Positions 54,711 through 64,000 of a stretch of DNA of 64,000 bases are shown one piece after another. The notes under the pieces are model-generated. The model saw only the letters and a program-made list of their open reading frames with translations, had not been told where the DNA came from and ran no database searches. Numbering within the stretch: position 1 is the stretch's first letter; each line of letters opens with the position of its first letter. Origin of the DNA: an uncultured Clostridium sp. (GTDB lineage Bacteria; Bacillota; Clostridia; TANB77; CAG-508); NCBI GenBank assembly GCA_902461935.1, contig CABPZP010000001.1:1020-65019 (forward strand), given 5' to 3'. The position numbers were made by a program, and so were the translations under genes.

Positions 54711-56225
54711 TTAAGAATGTTTTCCCTTTTTATGTTTACGACGAACCTTTCCTTCTGAAAATTCAATTCTTGTATTTTGACTAAAAAATTCATCCATTTT
54801 TGATTCTGTATTTTCTATTGTTTCATTATTATTGGTATTATTTTCTATTTTGTTATTTAAACCTTCTTCTGCAATATTATTTTTATTTTCTAATATTGTC
54901 TCTTTCTCACTATTTTTTATTTTATATAAATCTTCTAAAATATTATTTTCTTCTTTAGGCTCTTCATATTTTGAACTTATAAGTTCTTCATTATTATTTT
55001 CGTCTTCCTTATATCTATTTGAGCTATTCTTCTTTTCTTTTAATTTATTTGTACTTTCATAACATTCTTTTGCTATAAATATTATTCCTATAAATGTTAT
55101 TAAACATACTAAAGAGCATATTATTATTCTTTTTTTCATTAATTCTTTTGAATTATCTAAATTATCATCTGTTTCTTCTAACACAGGTTCAGCTTCTGTT
55201 TCAACTATTTCTTGTTTTACAACTTTTATAGTATAGGTTACTGTTTCATAGCCTTCTGCTTCTACCTTTATTGTTACAGTTGTTTCTCCATCTGTTAATT
55301 CTTTATTTCCTTCTATTGTAACTTTTGCTCCATCTATGTTTGGAAGTGCATTTATATATAATTCTTTTAAATCTAAATAATCATTTCCAAGTATTACTGT
55401 ATATTCGAAAATTTCTGGATCAAAATTTGGATCTAGTTTCACATTTAGGTTATCATCTAAAACTAAATTATCTAAACGTAATTTTTGTTTTTGCTCATCT
55501 TTCTTGTCCGTTGTTTCTTCATTATCTATTTCATTTGGTATTACTTCTCCCTCAGCAGTTTTTCTTGTTGCTATAATTGTATATCCATCTACACTTATTT
55601 TATTAGAACCTTCTTGTAAATTTTTAGCATATGAATTTTTTGAACCATCTGAATATTTTACAGTTATATTTAATTGACTAACTTTGTTTTCAACTGTTAC
55701 CTTATATGGTCCCTTGTTTGAAGCTTTAAATCCTGAAAAGTCTGTTGGACTTGTTGTAATCATTTTTACAGTTTTTCCAGAATTGCTTGTACTACCATTA
55801 TTTGAAGTACTGCCACTATTATTACTATTATTTGAATTTTGATTATTAGAATTACTATTACTACTGCTTATTGATATGCCTTTTGTTTGTCCTCCTAAAT
55901 CGTTTATATCTTGTTTATTCAAAGAAACCGGAAGTGCCGGTGTAACACTAATTTTTGTTGTTCCAGATTGTCCTAATGTTACTGAAAAACTGGCACTTGA
56001 GGCTTCAAGCCAATATTTATTTGTTCCATTAAGGGTTCCATTTGATACACTAACATTAAATCTACCTGTACAGTCTGTTGAAATGCTTACATTAACTGTA
56101 CTTCCAGGTTGACCACTTGAAGGAGCTGAAACGTTTAAATATTTTGCATTAGCACTTTTAGGAAAAAACATAATTAAAAAAAATGTTATTGTTATAATTA
56201 ATATTTTGTGTTTTGTTTTTATCAT
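54711..56225 (-). CDS. Type-I membrane surface protein with cadherin-like beta-sandwich domain and Asn/Ser-rich linker
   Basis: Signal peptide, ..LDPNFDPEIFEYTV..YTIKVVKQ cadherin-like domain, C-terminal TM then charged cytoplasmic tail. Confidence 0.5.
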   Translation of the reverse strand: MIKTKHKILIITITFFLIMFFPKSANAKYLNVSAPSSGQPGSTVNVSISTDCTGRFNVSVSNGTLNGTNKYWLEASSASFSVTLGQSGTTKISVTPALPVSLNKQDINDLGGQTKGISISSSNSNSNNQNSNNSNNSGSTSNNGSTSNSGKTVKMITTSPTDFSGFKASNKGPYKVTVENKVSQLNITVKYSDGSKNSYAKNLQEGSNKISVDGYTIIATRKTAEGEVIPNEIDNEETTDKKDEQKQKLRLDNLVLDDNLNVKLDPNFDPEIFEYTVILGNDYLDLKELYINALPNIDGAKVTIEGNKELTDGETTVTIKVEAEGYETVTYTIKVVKQEIVETEAEPVLEETDDNLDNSKELMKKRIIICSLVCLITFIGIIFIAKECYESTNKLKEKKNSSNRYKEDENNNEELISSKYEEPKEENNILEDLYKIKNSEKETILENKNNIAEEGLNNKIENNTNNNETIENTESKMDEFFSQNTRIEFSEGKVRRKHKKGKHS

Positions 56226-56229
56226 ATAA

Positions 56230-57792
56230 TTAATCTCCCATCAATTTATCTTTTATTAAAACATAATCACTTGCTGTAACTTTACCATCTCCATTATAAT
56301 CTGCTTTTATTTTTTGAGTATCACTTAGTTGAGTATCTCCCATTATATAATCTTTTATAATTACATAATCGCTTGCTGTTATTTTTCCATCTCCATTAAC
56401 GTCTCCTCTCATTGATGAATCAGGTTCTATAGCACCTGAATTATTATTTCCGCCATTTGCTGGTTGTGATGGTACAGAATATTTATCTGTTTTTGTATTT
56501 ACTTGTGTTAAATATTCCCTTGCTACATATCCTACTTGGCCAGATTCTGTTGATACTTTGCTCCAGTTGTATCCATTAGCAGTTCCTACATTTTCTTCAA
56601 TCATATTTACTACTATATCTTTATTTAGTCTTCCTAAACTTGTATATCCTGTTCCTGGTCCTGATCTAAATCCAACTGAGTTATAACTTGAACTAATGTA
56701 ATATAAATTTCCACTTGTTAAGTTACTTGGTTTTTTTATTGCTGTTGGCATATTTTTATATACTGGAATAATAAATGTTAATTCCCCATCTAACCATCCA
56801 TTATTTGTATATTTATCAAATAATATTTTTGCTTGGTTTGTTGGATCTTGCACATTTGTCATATATTGGTGAGTATATAATTGTTTTTTTTCACTACCTA
56901 CAACATCAAATTTAAAAGTATATTTGGTACTTTGTCCTGCTTTTATATATGAATTTGAAATTAGTTTTGCACCTTCTACTATTGCTGTTCTTTCGCTGTG
57001 CCATCCTGCATTGTTTGCATATGCTAATCCTCTTGTAACAGCACCTGTTCCATCTGTTGCTCCATAATTATAAAAATTGTATGTATGTGGGTATGCACTA
57101 TCTGTTCCAGCCGCCATTTTAGGTGGATTTCCTGGTGAGTTTTTACCTATTTCTTGGAAAATTTTTGTTATTATACTTAATGCACTTTCTCCAGATGATG
57201 CAGATGCATCATATATTATTTGAGCATAACTTTCACCTGTTGAACAATTGCCTTGCATAAAGCTTCCATTAAGTGCTTTTTGAATATCTGCTACGGACAA
57301 TGGTGAGCTATTTGATAAATCTAAAAATTGGAATATTGTTGTTTCAGTTAATGAATTTCTTGGATCTAAATAGTATTTTACTATTTTACCAGAAGCACAA
57401 TAGTATCCATCTCCACCATATTCTTTTTTGGTGTGACTTGCTGAACAATACCAACGTGAATCGTTTCCTTTATATATAGTATTTCTATAGCAAGCATTTT
57501 CATTTGAAGTACTTACCATTTCGTTCCAGTCTATATCTGTATAAAATGCTTTAAATTTCCAATTTGTATGTCCAGTTTCATCCACCAACTTGTTTAATAA
57601 AACTTGGTAGCTTTCTGGAAAAGCACTTATACCATTATTATTGTTTTCATTTGCATTTATAGTTACTTGATTATAGCTTGCAGCATTGGATTTCACAGGC
57701 ATAAAAGCTATAAAATTTATTAAAATTATGATTATTAAAATTACACAATTTATTACTTTTATTGTATTTTTTGAAAAAGATTTAATTTTCAC
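56230..57792 (-). CDS. Secreted putative cell-wall hydrolase with SH3b domain and C-terminal type-I dockerin; start GTG at 57792 after RBS aaggagg
   Basis: C-terminus has two dockerin segments DVNGDGKITASDYV../DYNGDGKVTASDYV..; SH3b-like region before it. Confidence 0.55.
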   Translation of the reverse strand: MKIKSFSKNTIKVINCVILIIIILINFIAFMPVKSNAASYNQVTINANENNNNGISAFPESYQVLLNKLVDETGHTNWKFKAFYTDIDWNEMVSTSNENACYRNTIYKGNDSRWYCSASHTKKEYGGDGYYCASGKIVKYYLDPRNSLTETTIFQFLDLSNSSPLSVADIQKALNGSFMQGNCSTGESYAQIIYDASASSGESALSIITKIFQEIGKNSPGNPPKMAAGTDSAYPHTYNFYNYGATDGTGAVTRGLAYANNAGWHSERTAIVEGAKLISNSYIKAGQSTKYTFKFDVVGSEKKQLYTHQYMTNVQDPTNQAKILFDKYTNNGWLDGELTFIIPVYKNMPTAIKKPSNLTSGNLYYISSSYNSVGFRSGPGTGYTSLGRLNKDIVVNMIEENVGTANGYNWSKVSTESGQVGYVAREYLTQVNTKTDKYSVPSQPANGGNNNSGAIEPDSSMRGDVNGDGKITASDYVIIKDYIMGDTQLSDTQKIKADYNGDGKVTASDYVLIKDKLMGD

Positions 57793-57819
57793 TTTTAATC
57801 TCCTCCTTCTTTTGTATTT

Positions 57820-57868
57820 TGACATTTTTTGTCATTTATAGTATATAATAACAGTATTTTTTAGTCAA
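57820..57868 (-). promoter_or_regulatory. Candidate sigma-A promoter (TTGACT-17-TATACT) with perfect palindrome TGACA-N5-TGTCA at 57820-57834 as a candidate operator
   Basis: Minus-strand -35/-10 hexamers with 17-nt spacer upstream of the GTG start; the inverted repeat sits between -10 and RBS. Confidence 0.4.
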
Positions 57869-57901
57869 TGAATTTGAAGATTTGTAACAAAAATGTAATA
57901 T

Positions 57902-57938
57902 TGGAAATAAAAAAATAGAGACGATTAATATTCGTCTC
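57902..57938 (-). terminator. Rho-independent terminator after the 58059..60062 gene
   Basis: agagacga-ttaatat-tcgtctct stem followed by a T-run on the minus strand. Confidence 0.65.
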
Positions 57939-58058
57939 TTACAATTAAATTTTTCTCCTCTATAATAGCATTGTAACAGTTTTCGCCCTAACAATGCTCA
58001 TCTGTCGCTCGAAAATAGCTTGCAAGTTTGTATTTTTCTGTATTTTTTTATCTATATT

Positions 58059-60062
58059 TTATTCTTCATCTGTTGCATTTACTGTAATTCCAGTATTTAG
58101 AGAAACTACAGGGCGTATACCTGAATAGACATTCATATAGTTTCCATAACTACTATGTCTATAACAACTCACAAATCCATTATACACCACACGAATTAAT
58201 TCATTCCCATTATATCCAACAGAGGGTGAAGCCAACCAATATCCACTTGTTGCATCACATTCTAATGTATATGGATAATATAATTTGTTTTTATATCCCT
58301 GTTTACTATTCATTGTGATAGAATTTGATGTCGGTTTTGATATTATTCCAATATAATATCCATTAATATCTGTATTATCACAATATAATTTTCCATCTAC
58401 ATTTTCATATAAATTGTTCCAACTAGCCATCCACATTTCTACTGTGGCTCCTCCTATTGCATATTCCGCTTTATTTTTACTATCTTTATAACAACTCCAA
58501 TTATTTGCATTTAGTAATGTTGATACACATTTTGAATTACTTTTTCCACTTTGCAATGCATATCCTGTTGCTTTAAATCTAGTTAATACTTCTGAGTTTA
58601 CTTCTTGGAATGCTGGTGCTGGATCCCAATATACTTTATACCCTGATTTTTTCATTCCTGTTTCTTTACTTATTCTATCTGTTTCTACTGTGTTTATATA
58701 ATCTCCTGTCATTAAAAATATATGTTCTCCATCTGAATAGAATATTTTCCAGTCATTTTGTCCGTTTTGTGATGTGTAATCTGTTACTTTTAGTCCATAG
58801 TATTTTGATGGCTCGTTTGCTACCATTTGTGCCGTTATTCCTGTATATGTTTTATATATTTTAATATTTTGTGTTGAACTTTGTTTTGTATTTCCAGCTT
58901 TATCGTATGCTATTGCATATATATTGTATGTTCCACTCTCTAGTTTTATTGGATTTGTTTCATGTTTTTGGTATTTATTCTCATCTTTTTTACTTACATA
59001 GTATTCTATTTTTTCTATTTCACTTTCTTCATCTTCTGCATTTACTGTTATTTTTAATCCTTCTTCTGTGTTTTCTGTTTTTTCTATTTCGCATTTTGTA
59101 GGTGCATTTGTATCTATATTTTTTATTTCTATTGTTTTGTTTGTTGTAGTTCCTTGATTATCTGTTACTTCATATTTGAATGTTGTATTTTGTGTTATAT
59201 TTTCTTTTGTTATTACATATTCTGTTTTTCCGCCTACGTCTATTTCTTCTTCGTTTTCTGGTTTTATTTTTGCTAGTCCATTATTGCTTTTTATTGTTAT
59301 ATTTACTTTTACTGGTCCTTTTGTCCAGCCTGTTGGTTCTATATTTGTTAGTATTCGTATTCCTGTTGATTTTTCTCCTATATGTGCTACATATTTTTCG
59401 TCTATTGTAAATTCGTATCCCTTGTAAATACCTTCTATTGTTTCACTTTCTTCTGCTGAAGTTATTTCTATATCATCTGTGTTTTGCAGTTCTTGTATTT
59501 TTTGTTTTAGATTTTTTCTTATTGTTTCTATATTAAATTCTAATCCACTTGTTGCTGAATCTGTTTGCATTTCTAATACACTCATTCTTAATTCTTCTTC
59601 GTATTGTGCTACTTCTGTTTTATTCTTTGCGCTGCTTGCTTTGGCAAACATTCCATTTTCTCCTATTACCATATTTAGGGTTATACCGGCAAGAATTAGT
59701 AGGACAATTATGGTAATTACCAATGCCACTAATGTGATTGCAGTATTTGAGGTTGGAAATTGGAGGTTAGATGTTGGAATGTTTGACGTTAATTTATTCA
59801 CTAATTTATGTTTTTCTTTCGGGTCGTCGGGGACGCCGACCCCTACAATGTTTGGTTTATGTTTTTCAAATGTTATAATATTATTTTTATTTTGTTTAAG
59901 GCGGACAGAGGCGTCCGCCCCTACAACGTTTGGATTGTGTTTGTCAAATTTAATATTATTTCTACTTTGATTTCGTTCTAGGCAGATATGAGCGTCCGCC
60001 CCTACAGTATTGAATATTTCTATATCACATTCATTGTTTGTTTGTTCATTTATTTTTTTCAT
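58059..60062 (-). CDS. Large surface protein: N-terminal three tandem 25-aa repeats (translated family-A elements), prepilin-like TM, Ig-like domains; paralog of 37491..39671
   Basis: Strong RBS aggagg-N6-ATG at 60062; ..NTAITLVALVITIIVLLILAGITLNMVIGENG.. then about 100 aa similar to the GLUG protein, then Ig-like (YAIAYDKAGN) domains. Confidence 0.65.
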   Translation of the reverse strand: MKKINEQTNNECDIEIFNTVGADAHICLERNQSRNNIKFDKHNPNVVGADASVRLKQNKNNIITFEKHKPNIVGVGVPDDPKEKHKLVNKLTSNIPTSNLQFPTSNTAITLVALVITIIVLLILAGITLNMVIGENGMFAKASSAKNKTEVAQYEEELRMSVLEMQTDSATSGLEFNIETIRKNLKQKIQELQNTDDIEITSAEESETIEGIYKGYEFTIDEKYVAHIGEKSTGIRILTNIEPTGWTKGPVKVNITIKSNNGLAKIKPENEEEIDVGGKTEYVITKENITQNTTFKYEVTDNQGTTTNKTIEIKNIDTNAPTKCEIEKTENTEEGLKITVNAEDEESEIEKIEYYVSKKDENKYQKHETNPIKLESGTYNIYAIAYDKAGNTKQSSTQNIKIYKTYTGITAQMVANEPSKYYGLKVTDYTSQNGQNDWKIFYSDGEHIFLMTGDYINTVETDRISKETGMKKSGYKVYWDPAPAFQEVNSEVLTRFKATGYALQSGKSNSKCVSTLLNANNWSCYKDSKNKAEYAIGGATVEMWMASWNNLYENVDGKLYCDNTDINGYYIGIISKPTSNSITMNSKQGYKNKLYYPYTLECDATSGYWLASPSVGYNGNELIRVVYNGFVSCYRHSSYGNYMNVYSGIRPVVSLNTGITVNATDEE
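59820..60012 (+). repeat. Three tandem family-A-containing units of about 75 bp (59820-59857, 59899-59934, 59972-60012) lying inside the coding sequence of 58059..60062
   Basis: cgggtcgtcggggacgccgacccCTACAATGTTTGG; ggcggacagaggcgtccgccCCTACAACGTTTGG; ggcagatatgagcgtccgccCCTACAGTATTGAAT. Confidence 0.8.
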
Positions 60063-60169
60063 TTGTTTCCTCCTATATTTTATTTGAATATATAGTATAT
60101 CAAAATAGGATATTTGTAAATACTTTATTTGTAAATTTATTTTATTATAAAATTTTTTTTGGTGATAAT

Positions 60170-60376
60170 ATGATAACTTTTAATATTGAAAATCTACTAA
60201 AGAAAAATGAAAAAACCAAATATTGGCTATGCCAACAAATGGGTATTACAAATAGAAATCTAAATAGAATTATAGAAGGTAAAACAACCTCTATTTCTTT
60301 TAAATATTTAGAAGATTTGTGCAAATTCTTAAATTGTTCTATTTCTGAATTAATTAATTTAGATTTAACAAAATAA
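60170..60376 (+). CDS. XRE-family helix-turn-helix transcriptional regulator (Cro/CI-like)
   Basis: 68 aa; YWLCQQMGITNRNLNRIIEGKTTSISFKYLEDLCKFLNCSISELI; RBS ggtga; divergent from 58059..60062. Confidence 0.65.
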   Translation: MITFNIENLLKKNEKTKYWLCQQMGITNRNLNRIIEGKTTSISFKYLEDLCKFLNCSISELINLDLTK

Positions 60377-60381
60377 AATAA

Positions 60382-60437
60382 TGATAGGTAAAAACAACTA
60401 ATTAATATAATTTAATTTTTGCTTTTACCTATCATTT
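60382..60437 (+). terminator. Hairpin after the XRE gene (14-bp perfect stem aatgataggtaaaa/ttttacctatcatt)
   Basis: Perfect inverted repeat with a 28-nt loop; weak T-run. Confidence 0.35.
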
Positions 60438-60837
60438 ATTATTTACTTTCATAAAATATATAATATAAAGTTAGTTAATATCCACCTTTATATTATAAAA
60501 TTTTCTATATATTCTATTAAAAATAGTGGTATATTTAATATTTTTTCATTATATACTTTTAATGGAAAATCGTTTTTAGTAATATTGTAAACCTTTATAA
60601 TAGTTATTAAGTAAAATCACATTTTTACAAGCATTTTAAAAGTTTTCATCACACTTTTGCAAGGTTTTAGACAAACTTTGTCACATTTTTGCATTTTTTA
60701 ATTTATTGCTTCTCCATTTACATATAATGTGTAGCCATTAAAATCTATATTGCTACAACTTATATCTTCATCGTTTAATGTTGTTACAAATGTGTTTCAT
60801 GTTAGTGTTAATTTTGATGTACTATCTATATTTAATT

Positions 60838-61101
60838 CTATTTTTTTGCCTCGTTATTTGTATTTATTGCACTTTTTAGTGTACTGTTTTCTTTTAAGTT
60901 TAGTATTAATAAGCTTATACTGTCTACTTCTATATTATCTTCTAATTCTTGGTTTGTGGCATTTAATGTTACATCTCCTCCGTTACTTCCACTTTTTCCC
61001 CATTCGCTTGTTCCTGCTATTTTTAATAATAAATTACATCCATATTTTAGTGTATTATTTTCTAAGTTTATTTCTGATTTTGTATTTGTTATTATGGACA
61101 C
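60838..61101 (-). CDS. Hypothetical 87-aa protein (possibly a remnant of a beta-solenoid surface protein)
   Basis: ORF only; Gly/Asn/Thr-rich. Confidence 0.25.
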   Translation of the reverse strand: MSIITNTKSEINLENNTLKYGCNLLLKIAGTSEWGKSGSNGGDVTLNATNQELEDNIEVDSISLLILNLKENSTLKSAINTNNEAKK

Positions 61102-61149
61102 TTAAGATTAGAATATTTAAAATCACATAAAAAAGCCGAATATATAATA

Positions 61150-61359
61150 ATGTTTATGAACAAAACTTTAAGAAAACATATTGTAGAAACTGACCAACAA
61201 GCTAAAAGAAGGTTTGAACTACTTATTAAACAAATGCTAAAAAGAAATCCTATTGATGAAAACTTGAAAGATACTGACCCTTTAGAATGGACTGGGCTTA
61301 TGAATAATTATAAGCATTTAGCAGAAGAAATTGTATTAAATGAATTGATTTATTGTTAA
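61150..61359 (+). CDS. Hypothetical 69-aa protein
   Basis: ORF followed by hairpin 61366-61397 (gagcagaga...tctctgctc). Confidence 0.3.
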   Translation: MFMNKTLRKHIVETDQQAKRRFELLIKQMLKRNPIDENLKDTDPLEWTGLMNNYKHLAEEIVLNELIYC

Positions 61360-61424
61360 ATTCATTTGAGCAGAGACTTACTTGAATCTCTGCTCAAATT
61401 ACATATATTGTCTTAAAATTTTTA

Positions 61425-63159
61425 TTAATTATTTTGAACTTTTTCCTTACTCATGTACAAATTATAATAATATCCTTGTTTTTCAATAAGTTCTTCATGA
61501 TTTCCCATTTCTACAATCTTCTTATCATCTATAAATATAATTAGATCAGCATCTTTAATTGTATTTATTCTATGTGCAATTACAAAAGATATTTTATTTT
61601 TTAAAATAACTTTATTTGCTTCCATAACATTTTTTTCAAATTCCAAATCTAAATTTGATGTTACTTCATCAAGTATTACAACACTTCCATCTTTTAGAAT
61701 TGCTCTAGCAAAACTTAATAATTGCTTTTCACCATAAGATAATATATCTGTTCCGAGCATCTATAATTGTATCATATCCATTATCAAAAGTTTCTATTTT
61801 ATCATTTATACCTATTTCTTTACAAACTTTTATAACATCTTCTAATTGCACATTATCATTTCCATACATTAGGTTATCTTTTATAGACATATTTAAAATG
61901 ACAGGGTCTTGGAATACATATGAAATATTTTTTCTTAATTCACTTAACTTGTATTTTGTATAATCAATTCCATTTATTAAGATTTGACCTTCTGTTAAAT
62001 TATAAAATCGTGGAATTAAATTAACAAATGATGTTTTTCCCGCTCCGCTTTTTCCAACAACTGCAATTGTTATTGACTTATCTATTTTTAAGTTTATATT
62101 TTCTAATATTGTGTTTACACCATCATAACTTAATTTTACATCTTTAAATTCTATTGAATCAATTTTTTCTAATTCTATTGTTCCTTTATCATCTTCTTTA
62201 TTAATACTTACAATTTCTAAAATATTTATAAAACAATTATATTTGTTCATTACTCCATGTGTATGTTCTAATAGACTGTTCATATGGCTACTAATATCAC
62301 TGATATAATCTACTATTAGAATTATTGTTGAACCTAATCCAACACCTATTATGAGTTGATTTCCACCAATAATCAAAGTTACGATTGTAGCAAAAAATGT
62401 TAATAAAGCAAATAAAGCTGTATGTAATCCTAAAATTTTACTAGATTTAATTAGTTCACATTTTGCTTTTCCTAACATTGACTTAATATCATTAATATTT
62501 ATTTCTTCTAATCTTAATGTTTTTGTAGTTGAAAAGCTATCTATATATTCATTAATTTTGCCTTGCAAATCAATTATAGATTGCTGTAATTTTCTATAAG
62601 TTTTCATATTATTATTATAAAATGGTATCAATATAATATAAGATAGAATGAATATTCCTATAACAACTAATGCAATTTTCCAGTCTATAAATAACATTAT
62701 AATTGATGTAATTAAAATACTTCTTATTCTTACTGCAAATATTCCTAAAAAATTCCATACAAATAATTGTGAAGATTCAAAACTTTGCGTTGTTGTTAAA
62801 ATAAATAAATTACCTACTTGTATTTTATCTAATTTGCTAATATCTGCATCTTGTATACTATTAAATACTTTATTTTTTATTTGCATATCATTATCATAAT
62901 AACATGTTTTTCTTTGAATTTCCGAATATTTATCAAAGAAAAATCTAATTACTATAATTACAATCAAAATTGATGATAATATCAATACCATATTTACATT
63001 TTTATCTGGTATATAGTTGTCAATTACTTGAGATAGTATATATTGATAAAATATAAGATATGGTAAAGATTGTAAAAACATAATTATTCCAATTTTTAGT
63101 GTTTTATTTTTATTGGTAGTAAAATTAAACATTTCCTTTAATATTTTTTTATTAAGCAT
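61425..63159 (-). pseudogene. ABC exporter (fused permease + ATPase), ATPase domain interrupted by an apparent frameshift at about 61740-61755 (ORFs 61729..63159 and 61425..61760)
   Basis: Six-TM permease domain, Walker A GKSGAGKTS; the signature region is split: ..YDTIIDAR | GTDILSYGEKQLLSFARAIL.. Confidence 0.6.
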
Positions 63160-64000
63160 ATTCTTCTCCTATTTTATTCAAATTTAAACTATATACTTCA
63201 TTATAATTTTTGTTTTCTAATAATTCTTCATGTGTTCCACATATCGCTTCTCCATTATTTATATAAATTATTTTTTCAAATTTTGTAGCTAATTCAATAT
63301 CATGAGTAACAAATATTTTGCTTGACTTGTCTTCTAATGACATTAAATTTTCTAATATTTTCTTTTTATTTATTCTATCAATTGCACTAAAAGAATCATC
63401 AAAAATCATTATTGGTTTTGGTTTTGTATATGCTCTTACCAATACTAATCTTTGTTTTTGACCTTTTGATAATACCATTCCATTTCTTCCAATTGCACTT
63501 TCATAGCCTTTTTCAAATTTTGTTACATCTTTATGAAATGAGAAGAAATTTGAAAGTTCTACTATTTCTGGATATGTTATTTGGGGTACTAATATTTTTA
63601 TGTTTTCCGCAATAGTTTTTGAAAATAAATATGAGTCTTGTAATACTAAGCAAATATTTTCTCTTACACATTTTTTATTTAAATCTCTAACTTCATATTC
63701 TCCTATTTTTATGCTACCTTCATAATCATAAAATCCTACTAATGTTTTTAGTAATATAGATTTTCCGCTTCCTGTACTACCTGCAATCATTACTTTTTCA
63801 TTTGGATTAATTGTAAAGTTTAAATTTTTCAAAACTGTTTTATCATTAACCTTAATGTTAGCATTTTTAAATGTTATTGTTGTATTTTCTATTTCAATAT
63901 TTTTATTTTCAGTCTTTTCATCTTCTAAAGTTAGATTTAATAAATTGTCTAGTCTTTTATATGAAGCAATGCATAAATTTAAAAATTCTAATATTTCTGC
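63152..64000 (-). CDS. ABC exporter ATPase/permease, C-terminal part (gene continues beyond the window end); probable heterodimer partner of 61425..63159
   Basis: Walker A GSTGSGKS, signature LSKGQKQR, Walker B IMIFDDSFSAID; the ORF is open to the window edge. Confidence 0.7.
   Translation of the reverse strand, partial: AEILEFLNLCIASYKRLDNLLNLTLEDEKTENKNIEIENTTITFKNANIKVNDKTVLKNLNFTINPNEKVMIAGSTGSGKSILLKTLVGFYDYEGSIKIGEYEVRDLNKKCVRENICLVLQDSYLFSKTIAENIKILVPQITYPEIVELSNFFSFHKDVTKFEKGYESAIGRNGMVLSKGQKQRLVLVRAYTKPKPIMIFDDSFSAIDRINKKKILENLMSLEDKSSKIFVTHDIELATKFEKIIYINNGEAICGTHEELLENKNYNEVYSLNLNKIGEEYA

Noticed and set aside
60640-60700. Two direct repeats TCACAYTTTTGCA downstream of ORF 60838..61101
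   Set aside because: Only two copies of an AT-rich 13-mer in an intergenic region. This is insufficient to call a binding site.

Overview
This is a very AT-rich chromosomal segment (my estimate is under 30% GC) from an endospore-forming, Clostridia-type Firmicute, with almost all genes on the minus strand. Most of the content is housekeeping or sporulation genes: spoIID, the spoIIAA-spoIIAB-sigF operon, asnB, tdk, mutS, hslO, rpiB, rpsT, sigK, a ZIP transporter, tcdA, tgt, three pseudouridine synthases, lspA, pheST with a T-box leader, mtaB, glyQS, polC, scpA, recX, recA, a peptide-binding protein, spoVS, ymdB, ftsH, alr and a split transketolase. Accessory-looking content lies at about 37.4-39.7 kb and 51.6-64 kb: surface proteins with GLUG, Ig-like, cadherin-like, SH3b, dockerin and sortase-signal domains, an XRE regulator and a pair of ABC exporters.

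The most interesting signal is not a gene cluster but two interlocking families of short non-coding repeats that I could not match to any element I know:
- Family A is a REP-like element of about 40 bp: a GC-rich near-palindromic hairpin followed by the conserved tail CCCCTACAAYGTYTGRCAT (GTAG immediately 5' of the hairpin on the other strand). I count about 20 copies, 17 in one orientation. They sit in intergenic and intercistronic positions, for example between spoIIAA and spoIIAB and between the two transketolase subunit genes. They also occur as in-frame translated copies in the 5' coding regions of two paralogous pilin-like surface proteins.
- Family B is a roughly 225-bp palindromic MITE-like element with about 30-bp imperfect terminal inverted repeats whose copy-specific variants are mirrored in both arms. 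There are three full copies and two half copies, usually with a family-A copy next to them.

Separately, three genes (polC, alr and an ABC exporter) carry apparent +1 frameshifts, all next to a CGGAA pentamer. That pattern looks like a systematic sequence error rather than biology. I found no rRNA, tRNA or CRISPR array.
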